Positions 39,411 to 48,735 of a stretch of DNA of 64,000 nt are shown here, in pieces. The stretch spans positions 64,001 through 128,000 of the forward strand of contig CAXXGJ010000006.1 of the NCBI GenBank assembly GCA_963677895.2. Reading direction: 5' to 3'. The notes under the pieces were generated by a model. The model was not told the DNA's origin and did not search any database. It saw only the letters and a program-made list of their open reading frames with translations. A program made the position numbers and the translations under genes. Positions within the stretch are counted from its first letter, which is position 1; the number at the start of each line of letters is the position of its first letter. The DNA is from Treponemataceae bacterium. Its GTDB lineage: Bacteria; Spirochaetota; Spirochaetia; Treponematales; Rectinemataceae.

Positions 39411-39699
39411 GTTTTTTAACAAAGCAACGTAAGCTTGAGCTAAGCTTTGTATCCAACGATGTATATCGCAAAATTTCACCGACATCTCCCGACGTATCGC
39501 AAGTTAGGTTTCACTTAGTCATGACAAAAATGAAAGTGGCATAAGCAATTCGTGAGTGTAAACAAGATAACGAGATGAGCAGAATTTACAAGAAAAGTAT
39601 TTAGGTAAAGACGAGAAAACTCGATTCTTTACCTATAAATTTTTTCCGTCGGTCCTGTTATCCTGTCAAAGATTCTCTTTCTCCGGTATTATCCACGTA

Positions 39700-40974
39700 A
39701 TGCCTACTATTCAAACCTATACGGCTATCATCATCGGCGCTGGTCCCGCTGGCCTCTTCGCCGCCATTCGACTCGCCGAAACCATCGGCGGCGGCGAGGG
39801 CATCCTCATTCTCGAGCGCCGCGAGAAGCCCGCCCGCAAGCTTCTTCTCTCCGGCTCCGGCCAGTGCAACCTCACCCACGCGGGGGAAATCGCCGACTTC
39901 CTCGGCCGCTACAGCGGCGGAGTGAAGGCCGAATCGGCCGCCCGCTTCCTCAAGCCGGCCCTCTACGCCTTCACCAACGAGGAACTCCTCGCCTGGTTCA
40001 GCGCCAAGGGCATGGAATTCGAGACCGAGGATTCGGGCAAGATATTCCCCGCCGACCGCCGCGCCACCTCCGTTCTCAAGATTCTCCAGGATGAAGCCTA
40101 TCGCCTCGGCCTGCGCATCGTCGCGAATAGCCGCGTCAGCGGCATAAGCGTCTCCGAGGGCTTTCTTGTGCGGGTGGAGTCGGAAGCTTTCGAATATCGC
40201 GCCCCGATCGTCCTCATCGCCACGGGAGGGCTGTCCTACCCCAAGACCGGCAGCACGGGCGACGGCTACGCGCTCGCGGCCTCCCTTGGGCACCGCATCG
40301 TACCGCCCAGGCCGGCCCTCGCGCCCGTTTACATCAGGAATTTCGCGCTCAACCCTCTCGCGGGGCTTTCCTTCCATGACGCGGGCCTTTCGGTGCTGCG
40401 CGTGGGCAAACGCGTCTTCTCAGCCGAAGGCGATCTTCTCATAACCCACGAAGGCCTCTCGGGCCCTCTCATCCTCGACGCGTCGCGCCATATCGCGCCG
40501 GGCGACAGCCTCGAGGTCAATTTTGTCGATGTGACTATTGAGGAATTCCGGAACCGCCTCGACGCCGAGCTTAAAACCAACCCCCGGCGCCTGGTCCGCA
40601 CGGCCCTCGCCGATCTCGGCCTGACGAAAAACATGGCTGAACTATTCTGCGACCTTTCAGGCGTGACCAAGGAAGAAACCGCGGCCGCCCTTCCCCGCGC
40701 CAAGCGGGATGCTCTGTGCCGCTTCGCCTGCGCCCATCCCTTCTACGTGGCGCGCCTCGGCACGCTTGAGGTGGCCATGGTCACCGCGGGAGGCGTCGAT
40801 CTCGCCGAAGTGAATCCCGGCAGCATGGAGTCGCGCCTGGTCCCCGGCCTTTTCTTCGCGGGCGAGGTCCTGGACATCGACGGCGACACGGGCGGCTACA
40901 ACCTTCAGGCAGTCTTCTCGACCGGATCGCTCGCGGCCGAGGCTATGGCTAAAAAGCCGCGCGTCGATAACTAG
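39700..40974 (+). CDS. HI0933/YhiN(BaiN)-family flavoprotein
   Basis: IIGAGPAG, KLLLSGSGQCNLT, ATGGLSYPKTGSTGDGY, THEGLSGP, VTAGGV, GEVLDIDGDTGGYNLQ. Confidence 0.92.
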   Translation: MPTIQTYTAIIIGAGPAGLFAAIRLAETIGGGEGILILERREKPARKLLLSGSGQCNLTHAGEIADFLGRYSGGVKAESAARFLKPALYAFTNEELLAWFSAKGMEFETEDSGKIFPADRRATSVLKILQDEAYRLGLRIVANSRVSGISVSEGFLVRVESEAFEYRAPIVLIATGGLSYPKTGSTGDGYALAASLGHRIVPPRPALAPVYIRNFALNPLAGLSFHDAGLSVLRVGKRVFSAEGDLLITHEGLSGPLILDASRHIAPGDSLEVNFVDVTIEEFRNRLDAELKTNPRRLVRTALADLGLTKNMAELFCDLSGVTKEETAAALPRAKRDALCRFACAHPFYVARLGTLEVAMVTAGGVDLAEVNPGSMESRLVPGLFFAGEVLDIDGDTGGYNLQAVFSTGSLAAEAMAKKPRVDN

Positions 40975-42002
40975 GCGTAGTAGCGCGCGAGGTCGTAGGG
41001 CGGGAAGATACCCTTGTCGGTGACGATGCCGTCGCAGAGTTTGGGCGGGGTGATGTCGAAGGCGGGGTAGAAGCCGTGCACGCCCTGCATGGCGGTGCGG
41101 ACGCCCATGGCTTCGAGGACGTCGTTCTCGTCGCGCTCTTCGATCTTCACCGTGTCGATGGTGGGGTGCTGGCGGTTGGGCGAGCCCGTGCAGAAGTAGG
41201 GTATGCCCCAATAGCGCGCCGCGAGGGCGATCTGGAAGGTGCCGACCTTGTTGACGATGTGGCCGTCCATGCAGATGACGTCGGCGGCCGAGGTGAAGAC
41301 GTCGACGTGTTTGGCTTTCATGGTGTAGCCGGGCATGTTGTCGGTGATGACGGTGACGTCGAAGTCCATGTCGCGGACGACGCTGGCGGTGAGGCGGGCG
41401 CCCTGGAAGTAGGGTCTGGTCTCGGGGCAGATCACTTTGATGGTCTTGCCTCGGCTCCGGCATTCACGCAGCATCATGCCGACGATGGTTTCCGCGAAGC
41501 ACTGGGTCATGACGGTGCCGTCGTCGGGGAACTGGTCGACGAGGTATATCGTGCTCGCGGCGCTGCGGGCGTAGCGTTTGTTCACCGCGTCGATGGTGTG
41601 CTCGAAGACGGCCTTGTCGGGCGCCTTGCCGGCGGCTTTCGCCTCGATGGCCACCTTGGCGCAGGCTTCGGTGATCGTGGCCATTTTTTCGGCCGTGGTG
41701 GGGCGTGCGTGGGAGATTTCGAAGGATGCCTTGGCGATGCGCGAGGGGAAGCTGCCTTTGTCGTCGCTGTCTATGGCTTTGGCGGCGAGGGCCATGCCCA
41801 TGCCGGCGGCCACGTAGGGGCCTCCCGACTGGGTGACCATGGCTTTGATGGCCGCGATCACATCCGCGTAGGTTTTGCAGGTGACGTATTCGATCCTGGC
41901 GGGATAGACGCGGCGGTCGAGGATGCGCACCGCTTCGCCGTCGTACCAGGCGACGTTTTCGTACTTGAGCATGAAGGCGAGGTCTTTGTCCTGTCGTTCC
42001 AT
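40971..42002 (-). CDS. mtnA: Methylthioribose-1-phosphate isomerase (eIF2B-like)
   Basis: LDRR.YP, ARPT, ETRPYFQGARLTA, ITDNM, NKVGT, YPAFDITPP; divergent TQCFAET in place of THCN.G. Confidence 0.88.
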   Translation of the reverse strand: MERQDKDLAFMLKYENVAWYDGEAVRILDRRVYPARIEYVTCKTYADVIAAIKAMVTQSGGPYVAAGMGMALAAKAIDSDDKGSFPSRIAKASFEISHARPTTAEKMATITEACAKVAIEAKAAGKAPDKAVFEHTIDAVNKRYARSAASTIYLVDQFPDDGTVMTQCFAETIVGMMLRECRSRGKTIKVICPETRPYFQGARLTASVVRDMDFDVTVITDNMPGYTMKAKHVDVFTSAADVICMDGHIVNKVGTFQIALAARYWGIPYFCTGSPNRQHPTIDTVKIEERDENDVLEAMGVRTAMQGVHGFYPAFDITPPKLCDGIVTDKGIFPPYDLARYYA

Positions 42003-42071
42003 AATCGCTCCTTGAATATCGTCCGGAAAAAGCCGAGGCTCGCGGCCCCGGCGCCGCGGTTCCCCCGCGCG

Positions 42072-42716
42072 TTAATCAGGCAGGCCCAACCGGGCTTTCA
42101 TGGCCTTGACGGCCTCTTCCGGAATGGTCTGGATCTTGCCGGCGCCGAGGGCGAGGGAATAGATCTTGGCCGCGTCCTCGACGTAGATGGCGCGCAGATG
42201 GGCTTGTTCGATGGTGGAACCGACGGCGACGGCCCCGTGGTTGCGCATGAGGCAGGCATTGCGCTTCGCAAGGCTTTCGACAACGCGTTCGCCCAGGGCC
42301 ACGGTGCCAGGCATGGCGAAGTCGGAGACGGGGATGTCGCCGCCTATGTAGGCCAGCATTTCTATGAGGATGAGGGGGATGGGCATGCAGGTGACCGCGA
42401 AGCTCGTCGCGTAGGGCGAATGGGTGTGGACGACGCCGAAGATGTCGGGGCGTCCGTTCATGATGGCGGTGTGCATGCGCCACTCGGATGAGGGCCGGTG
42501 CCTGCCCTCGACGATGGATCCGTCGCTCATCCTTATCACCATGATGTCGTCCAGGGTCATCTTTTCGTAGCGGAAGGAGCTCGGCGTGATGGCCAGGAGT
42601 TCCTTGGCCTCGTCGCAGGCGCTCAGGTTGCCGCTCGTGCCCGCGAAAAGGCCTTCGTCGTAGGCCATGAGCGTGTTTTCGAGCACTTTTTCCTTCAATT
42701 CCCTTATCGTCAGCAT
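42072..42716 (-). CDS. Class II aldolase (FucA-like; Ald2 of the DHAP shunt)
   Basis: GTSGNLS, ITPS, PSSEW.MH, VHTHS, LMRNHG; start MLTIRELK at 42716. Confidence 0.88.
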   Translation of the reverse strand: MLTIRELKEKVLENTLMAYDEGLFAGTSGNLSACDEAKELLAITPSSFRYEKMTLDDIMVIRMSDGSIVEGRHRPSSEWRMHTAIMNGRPDIFGVVHTHSPYATSFAVTCMPIPLILIEMLAYIGGDIPVSDFAMPGTVALGERVVESLAKRNACLMRNHGAVAVGSTIEQAHLRAIYVEDAAKIYSLALGAGKIQTIPEEAVKAMKARLGLPD

Positions 42717-43957
42717 AGGTTCCTCTTTTCGCGTAGCGATGCGTCGACGAGCGCGCGCAGAAAGTCGCGGCCTTCCCGGTAGTTCCGGCGGTCTTTTATG
42801 TAGGCCTTGGCGGCGAGAACGACGATCCTTTCGGCTCTCGCCCTGGCCTCGGCTGGTTCTATGGAGGTGAGGTCCTTCACTTGGGCCACGCCCACGGCTC
42901 GGCGGATCATCTCGAGTCCGGCCACGCCCGCCGTATCGGCTATGATAGTCGAAAGAAACCATTCGGCGTAACCGGGGGTCCTCCCCATGGGGTCGGTGGC
43001 GCTCGTTTTGTAGAGCGCGAGGAATTTCGCCTTGAAGAGGTCGACGGTGGCGACGATGGTCTCCTCCAGCCAGCCGATGTAGCTATCCTTGGTGGCGGCG
43101 CCTGTGGCACCCTCCCCCATCGTGACCCGGGCGTTGGCCCAGGCGAAGCAGAAATTGCCGATGACGTTGCCGACGTCGTAGCCTATGGGGCCGAAGTAGG
43201 CGAATTCGGGGTCTATCACCTTGGTGGAGTCTTCCCTGACGAAAATGGAGCCCGAATGGAGGTCGCCGTGGATGAGGGCCTGGGCGTCGTTCATGAAGGC
43301 ATACTTGAGCTTGGCCACCTCGAGATGGAGTTCGGTGTCGGAAAAGAGCTCCTCTTGCGCGAAGGCCGCGTTGGGCGGGAAGACCTTGGTCCGCCCCGGC
43401 TTGTTGGTGTAAGGCTCGGTGTAGACGAGCTGCTCGGTGATGGCGCAGAGCGGCGGGTTGGTGTAGCGCTTCACGAGCTCCTTCTTCTTGCTTGGGTCCA
43501 TCACCATGTCGAGGGTGGGCACGAGGGTCTTGGCCATGAAGTCGCTGATATCTTCGGCGAGCCTGGGAAAGATTTTGTGCCTTATGAGCTCGTAGCGGAG
43601 GATGACGTGGTCGGAGAGATCCTCCATGGAGAGGCAGGCCATCACGGGGTCGTAGTCGTAGACTTGGGGCACGAGGCCGGGGGCCAGCTCGCCCTCCATC
43701 TTGAGGATTTCCGCCTCGATGCGGTTGCGGTCGAAGCCGAGGGTCCGGGAGCCCGAACGCGTGTCGGCGTCGGCATGCTTGACGATGACGGAATCGCCGC
43801 TGTCCGGATCCCTCACCCTGAAGATGAAGTTGATGTTGCCGTCGCCGATCTCCTTGGCCTCGAGCCGCTTCGATGCCGCGAAGCGGGGGAGTCGGTATCG
43901 GGCGTATTCGGCCGCGTCGGCCTCGCCCATGCGGAAATGGCTGTCGAATTTCGGCAT
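42710..43957 (-). CDS. mtnK: S-methyl-5-thioribose kinase
   Basis: EIGDGNINFIF, MEDLS, LCAITEQLVYTEPY, LIHGDLHSGS, IDPEFA.FGP.G.D; start MPKFDSHF at 43957. Confidence 0.93.
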   Translation of the reverse strand: MPKFDSHFRMGEADAAEYARYRLPRFAASKRLEAKEIGDGNINFIFRVRDPDSGDSVIVKHADADTRSGSRTLGFDRNRIEAEILKMEGELAPGLVPQVYDYDPVMACLSMEDLSDHVILRYELIRHKIFPRLAEDISDFMAKTLVPTLDMVMDPSKKKELVKRYTNPPLCAITEQLVYTEPYTNKPGRTKVFPPNAAFAQEELFSDTELHLEVAKLKYAFMNDAQALIHGDLHSGSIFVREDSTKVIDPEFAYFGPIGYDVGNVIGNFCFAWANARVTMGEGATGAATKDSYIGWLEETIVATVDLFKAKFLALYKTSATDPMGRTPGYAEWFLSTIIADTAGVAGLEMIRRAVGVAQVKDLTSIEPAEARARAERIVVLAAKAYIKDRRNYREGRDFLRALVDASLREKRNLC

Positions 43958-43977
43958 AGCTGCGTCCTTCCCCTTCC

Positions 43978-44976
43978 TCAATTGTCGCTGGTGCTGGAGT
44001 AGTAGGTGGAAGCGAGGGCCAGGGCGAGCACGACGCCCTTGACCGCGTTCAGCGAATAGTAGGGCACCGACATCATGATGAGGCCGTTTTCCAGTATGCC
44101 CACGAGGGAGGCTCCCACGAAGGTGCCGAAGGCGTTGGGCTTGCCCGCGCCCGCCACGGAGCGTCCGATGAAGACGGCGGAGATGGCCGGCATGGCGTAG
44201 CCGGCGGCGCCCTGGATCTGGGCCGACATGTTGCGCGAGGCGACGAGGACGCCGCCCAGGCCTATGAAGGCCGCGGCGAGAAGGCCGGCGTAGACGCGGT
44301 AGCGGTAGATGGGTATGCCCGAGAGGCGCGCGGCTTCCTTGTTGCCGCCGACGGCGTAGATGTAGCGTCCGTACTTGGTGTAGGTGAGGAATATGTGCAC
44401 CACGACGACGATGACGATCATGATGATGATGATGGTGGGCGCCTGGCCCATGTTCTTGAAGGTCTGGGAGATCTTGCCCAGGGTGTCGGCGCCGTTGGGC
44501 CTCGGCATGCCTTCGGAGAGGGCGCCGCCGCCCGAGTAGGTGAGGCTGAGCCCGTCCAGCATGAACATCATGGCGAGGGTGGCCAGGAGGTCGGGGATCT
44601 TGAATTTGACGATGAGGAGCATGGTGATCATCATCAGGCCCATGGTGAGGACAAGGGCGAGGGGAATGGCCAGCCACATGCTCATCTGGTACCAGACGAT
44701 GAAGCTGATGACGAGGGATCCCGCCATGGAGGCCATCGAGCCGGAGGAGAGGTCGAAGCCTCCCACGGCGAGGGTGATGGTGAGGCCGATGCCGATGATG
44801 GTGGTTATCGAGATGGACCTCAGGATGGTGATCATGTTGCTGCTGGTGAGAAACATCTTGGGCATGCGCAGGGCGAAGAACGCGAATACCGCGACGAGGG
44901 CGATGAGGGATGCCCATTTTCCCAAAAAGTCCGAGGCCTTGCCCTTAGGCATGGCCGTGGCTTCCGCTTTCGACAT
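43978..44976 (-). CDS. Sugar ABC permease (candidate methylthioribose/5-deoxyribose uptake)
   Basis: GGFDLS, IPDLLATLA, GRYIYAVGGNKEAARLSG; TAATG coupling with the ATPase gene. Confidence 0.9.
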   Translation of the reverse strand: MSKAEATAMPKGKASDFLGKWASLIALVAVFAFFALRMPKMFLTSSNMITILRSISITTIIGIGLTITLAVGGFDLSSGSMASMAGSLVISFIVWYQMSMWLAIPLALVLTMGLMMITMLLIVKFKIPDLLATLAMMFMLDGLSLTYSGGGALSEGMPRPNGADTLGKISQTFKNMGQAPTIIIIMIVIVVVVHIFLTYTKYGRYIYAVGGNKEAARLSGIPIYRYRVYAGLLAAAFIGLGGVLVASRNMSAQIQGAAGYAMPAISAVFIGRSVAGAGKPNAFGTFVGASLVGILENGLIMMSVPYYSLNAVKGVVLALALASTYYSSTSDN

Positions 44977-46499
44977 TATTTGTTGCCCCCCGTGGCGTAG
45001 AATAGGATTTCTTCTTCGGTCGCCGTCCCTGTAGGGAGTTCGGCGACGACGCTGCCGTTGTACATGATATAGATCCTGTCGGTGATGGCCAGGATCTCGT
45101 TGATTTCTGACGAAGCGTAGAGCACGGCCTTGCCCTTGCCGGCGAGGCCCTGGATCAGCTGGAATATGTCGCGCTTGGCGCCCACGTCGACGCCCTTGGT
45201 GGGCTCGTCCAGCATGTAGACGTCGGAATCGGAGGTGAGCCACTTGCCGACGGCCACTTTCTGCTGGTTGCCGCCGGAGAGGAACTTCAGGCGCTGGTAC
45301 ACCGAGGGGGTTTTTATGCCCAGTTCGGAGACGAGGCGCTTGGCGTTCTGGATTTCGAGGTGCTTTCTCACGAAGGAAAACCTATCGCAGAATTTTCCGA
45401 GGCAGGCGGCGGAGAGGTTGAAGTAGACGGGTTCGGTGACGAGGACGCCTTCCTTGCGCCTTTCCTCGGGCACGAGGGCGATTTTCTGCCGCACCGCCGT
45501 GGTAGGGCTGCGTATCGCGAGCGCCTTGCCCTTGAGGCTGACCTTTCCGCTTTTCATCCTGTTCGCGCCGAAGAGGAGCTTGCAGAGTTCCGTCTTGCCC
45601 GCGCCGACGAGGCCGCAGACGCCGACGATCTCCCCGCTTCTGACGTTGAAGGACACGTTCTTCACCTTCCCCGCTTCGTCAAAGAGGTTCGCCGCCTCGA
45701 ACATGACGTCGCCGATAGCGGTGGGGATCTTGGGGAAGTTTTCCTCGAAGCTGCGCCCGAGCATGAGGTTGACGATCTCGCGGGTGCTGAGGTCCTTGTC
45801 CACTATCCGATTGGCCACCACGGTTCCGTCCTTCATGACGGTGAGGCTGTGGCAGATCTGGAAGAGTTCGGGGAGGCGGTGGGAGATGAAGATGACGCCC
45901 ACGCCTTCCTTTTCCGCCAGGTCGCGGACTATCCTGAAGAGTTCCTCGACTTCGCCCATGCTCAAGGGGGCTGTGGGTTCGTCGAGAATGAGGAAGCGGC
46001 AGCGCTCCCTCACCGCGCGGGCGATGAGGACCATCTGCTTTTCGGCGAGGGTGAGGCTGGATACCTTGCGGGACACGTCGATGTCCATGTGGAGGCGTCC
46101 GAGGATTTCCCTGGCGGATTTCCTCATCCTGCCCCAGCGGATGATGGACTTGCCCTTCATGCCGGTGACGAGGCTGTTGAACATGATGTTTTCGGCCACC
46201 GAGAGGTAGGGAAAGAGGGCCGTGTCCACTTCCTGGTAGACGAGTTCGATGCCGAGCATCTTGGCGGTGCGCGGTTCGCGGATCTCGCGGGTTTCGCCGT
46301 CGATGAGGATGCTGCCGGTGTAGCCGGCGTTGGCGCCCGCGAGCACTTTCATGAGAGTGGACTTGCCGGCCCCGTTGGCGCCGACGACGGCGCGGATTTC
46401 CCCGCTTTTCATGGAGAAGTCCACGCCGCTCAGGGCTTTGACGCCGGGGAATTCGATGCTGATGCCTTTCATCTCGATGCTGCTGACTGTTTGGCTCAT
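44976..46499 (-). CDS. Sugar ABC ATPase with two NBDs
   Basis: GANGAGKST, DEPTAPL, GLVGAGKTE, LSGGNQQK, DEPTKGVDVGAK. Confidence 0.93.
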   Translation of the reverse strand: MSQTVSSIEMKGISIEFPGVKALSGVDFSMKSGEIRAVVGANGAGKSTLMKVLAGANAGYTGSILIDGETREIREPRTAKMLGIELVYQEVDTALFPYLSVAENIMFNSLVTGMKGKSIIRWGRMRKSAREILGRLHMDIDVSRKVSSLTLAEKQMVLIARAVRERCRFLILDEPTAPLSMGEVEELFRIVRDLAEKEGVGVIFISHRLPELFQICHSLTVMKDGTVVANRIVDKDLSTREIVNLMLGRSFEENFPKIPTAIGDVMFEAANLFDEAGKVKNVSFNVRSGEIVGVCGLVGAGKTELCKLLFGANRMKSGKVSLKGKALAIRSPTTAVRQKIALVPEERRKEGVLVTEPVYFNLSAACLGKFCDRFSFVRKHLEIQNAKRLVSELGIKTPSVYQRLKFLSGGNQQKVAVGKWLTSDSDVYMLDEPTKGVDVGAKRDIFQLIQGLAGKGKAVLYASSEINEILAITDRIYIMYNGSVVAELPTGTATEEEILFYATGGNK

Positions 46500-46596
46500 T
46501 CGTTACCCTTGCTCCGATGGATGGGCTTTGGGGGGCGGCCGCCGCGCGCGGCGGCCGCCCCCGGAGCCCCTTTGCTTCTGTACGTTGGCGCCGGGC

Positions 46597-47679
46597 TTAT
46601 TTGACCCCGGCCGCCTTTCTGATTTCGGCCATCCAGTCGGTGATGTTGTCGACATTGAGGCCGTAGCCGGGGATTATGGTGCCGAGGTTGGTGACGTTGG
46701 CGGCCGGCGTCAGCTGGGTAGCGAGTATGACCGAGGGCTGGAGGATGTATTCGGGGGGCGTGGTCTCGCCGTTGAGTTTCTGCGAGAGGAGGCGGACCGC
46801 CGAGATGCCGATGTTGGGGAAGTGCGTGGCCACGCAGGCTTTCCAGATCTTGTCCTGGGAGCGCATGAAGTTGATGTCCTGGTTGGAGATGTCGATGGTG
46901 ACGAGGGGGATGTCGCTCCTCCCCGCTTCGATGAGGGCCTTGTAGGCGCCGCGTGCGTAGGCGTCATAGGCGCTCCAGATCACGTCGACCGTTCCCTTGG
47001 GATACTTGGGAAGGATGGAGGACACGACGGTGGCGATGGAGCCTTCGGAGTCGGCGGGGTTGGAGGGGCCCAGCACTTCGAGGGTCTTGATCTTGCCGGC
47101 TTCCTCGAATTTCTTGTAGGTTTCCTGTCTCCTGTCGAAGGGGGGGATGCCGGGGCCGCGCCAGAGCTTGAGCACTCTGATGGGTCTGGGTCTGTCCTTG
47201 AGCAGGTCGTCGACGATGTAGTCGAGGGTGAGGCGGGCCATTTCCTGATCGCTCTGGAACATGGTGGTGACGCCGGGGATGCCCTTGCCTGACGCGTCGG
47301 CGATCACGGTGTCGAAGGTGACGACCTTGATGCCTTTGGCGACGACGTTCTTTACGAGGTCGTAGGAATACTGGGGCTTGCCGTGGGAGATGATCATGCC
47401 CTGATAGCCCTGCTGCGCGCACTGGTTGACGATGTCCTGGAAGCGGATGTCGTCTCCGTCCGCGGTGAATACGTCTACCTTGATGCCGTAGAGCGCTCCT
47501 TCCTTGATGGCGGCGTCGAATGCCATCTTGAAGATTTCAGTCGATGTCCCGTTGAGTACATAGGCGACTCTGTACCCCTTCGACTTGAACTGCTGACCGA
47601 TCTGCTTCGCGTCGGCGCTGGTGAACAGCAGCACCGAAACGAGCGCCATGATCGCGAGCATTGTGGTCGTTTTCTTCAC
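46597..47679 (-). CDS. Sugar ABC substrate-binding protein
   Basis: Signal peptide; periplasmic-binding-protein motifs (ISHG, VVTFD, YDAYARG, IDIS). Confidence 0.85.
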   Translation of the reverse strand: MKKTTTMLAIMALVSVLLFTSADAKQIGQQFKSKGYRVAYVLNGTSTEIFKMAFDAAIKEGALYGIKVDVFTADGDDIRFQDIVNQCAQQGYQGMIISHGKPQYSYDLVKNVVAKGIKVVTFDTVIADASGKGIPGVTTMFQSDQEMARLTLDYIVDDLLKDRPRPIRVLKLWRGPGIPPFDRRQETYKKFEEAGKIKTLEVLGPSNPADSEGSIATVVSSILPKYPKGTVDVIWSAYDAYARGAYKALIEAGRSDIPLVTIDISNQDINFMRSQDKIWKACVATHFPNIGISAVRLLSQKLNGETTPPEYILQPSVILATQLTPAANVTNLGTIIPGYGLNVDNITDWMAEIRKAAGVK

Positions 47680-47719
47680 AATCTGCCTCCTGTTATTGCA
47701 TGGACACGTTCGCGTGTCC

Positions 47720-48658
47720 CTAAGCCCTGAAAATCTCGAGAGCGGCCTCGGCCGTCTTCTCGTCGGTGACGATGCCCGATATCAGCTTGCCCCTGATGGC
47801 GCCCACGATGGGCAGGACCTTGTCCTCTCCGTAAGCCACCGCGGTGACGGGGCAGCGGAGCGGGACGTCGGCCGTGACGGAGCGTTCTTCCACGGCGGAG
47901 GGGATCCTGGCGCCGTCCAAGGTGAAGAAGTGGGTGAAGACGTCGCCCACGGCGCCCTGGGCGGCCAGGTTTTCGGCGTCCTGTGCCGTTATGAAACCTC
48001 TGGAGATGAGGACGGAGTTCTTCACCGAGCCCAGGCCTATCATCGCGCAGTCCACGGCGTTGGCCATGGCGAGGATAGAGGCGAGGACGTGGTCGTTTCT
48101 CATGATGTGGGCCGTTTCCTTCGTCGAAGCGATGGCCGGCGCCCAGATATGGAAATAGTCGACGCCGAGGCTTCTGGAGAGGAGAATGCCGCTCGAGCTG
48201 GGGTTTGTGGCGTTTACCGCGTAATTGGGCATGGTGGAGCCGGTGAGGGAGACGATCCTTTTGACGGTCATCTTTTTAGGGGCTTCCACGAGGGAGAGGC
48301 TGGCGGAGAGGGCGCGGCTCGACCCGAGGCCGATGCTTTCGTATTGCCTGCACATGTCGGCGAATCGCAGGGAGGCGGCGTAGGCGACGTTGCCCGCCGC
48401 GCTGCCGTCGTTGGGCACGATGGTGATGTCCGTGAGGCCGGTGGCTTGGGAAAAGTCCTTCTCGAGCTCGAAGAGGGACACGTAGCACCTGGCTATCTTT
48501 ATTTCGACGATTTTCTTTTCGCGGATAACCTTGAGGAGGCGGACAACCTTGATTCTCGGTATGCCCAGGAGGTCAGCGATCTGCTGCTGGCTCTTGTCTT
48601 CGTAGTAATAGAGCCAGGCTATCCTCGTGAGCAACGAATTGTTCAAATGTTCATCCAT
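47720..48658 (-). CDS. SorC/DeoR(Bs)/LsrR-family sugar-phosphate-responsive repressor
   Basis: IAWLYY....QQQIA..LGI.R.KV.RLL HTH; sugar-binding domain GAVGD, K...I.GA.RG....IVTDE.TA. Confidence 0.9.
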   Translation of the reverse strand: MDEHLNNSLLTRIAWLYYYEDKSQQQIADLLGIPRIKVVRLLKVIREKKIVEIKIARCYVSLFELEKDFSQATGLTDITIVPNDGSAAGNVAYAASLRFADMCRQYESIGLGSSRALSASLSLVEAPKKMTVKRIVSLTGSTMPNYAVNATNPSSSGILLSRSLGVDYFHIWAPAIASTKETAHIMRNDHVLASILAMANAVDCAMIGLGSVKNSVLISRGFITAQDAENLAAQGAVGDVFTHFFTLDGARIPSAVEERSVTADVPLRCPVTAVAYGEDKVLPIVGAIRGKLISGIVTDEKTAEAALEIFRA

Positions 48659-48694
48659 GTGAACAAGTATGTGGTCGGTTTTTCCGGCTGTCAA
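48640..48694 (-). promoter_or_regulatory. Sigma70 promoter with overlapping operator-like motif (probably leaderless transcript)
   Basis: TTGACA-17-CATACT, then TGTTCA-N6-TGAACA-N2-TGAACA across the ATG, which lies 7 nt after the -10 box. Confidence 0.7.
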
Positions 48695-48735
48695 GAAATA
48701 TTTTTAAATAATTCCTGCCTCCGGAACTTTATAGC

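Noticed and set aside
42710..44917. 735-aa ORF suggesting a long N-terminal fusion to MtnK
   Set aside because: The extension is an alternative frame of the permease gene with low-complexity R/H/P content; mtnK has its own RBS and start at 43957.
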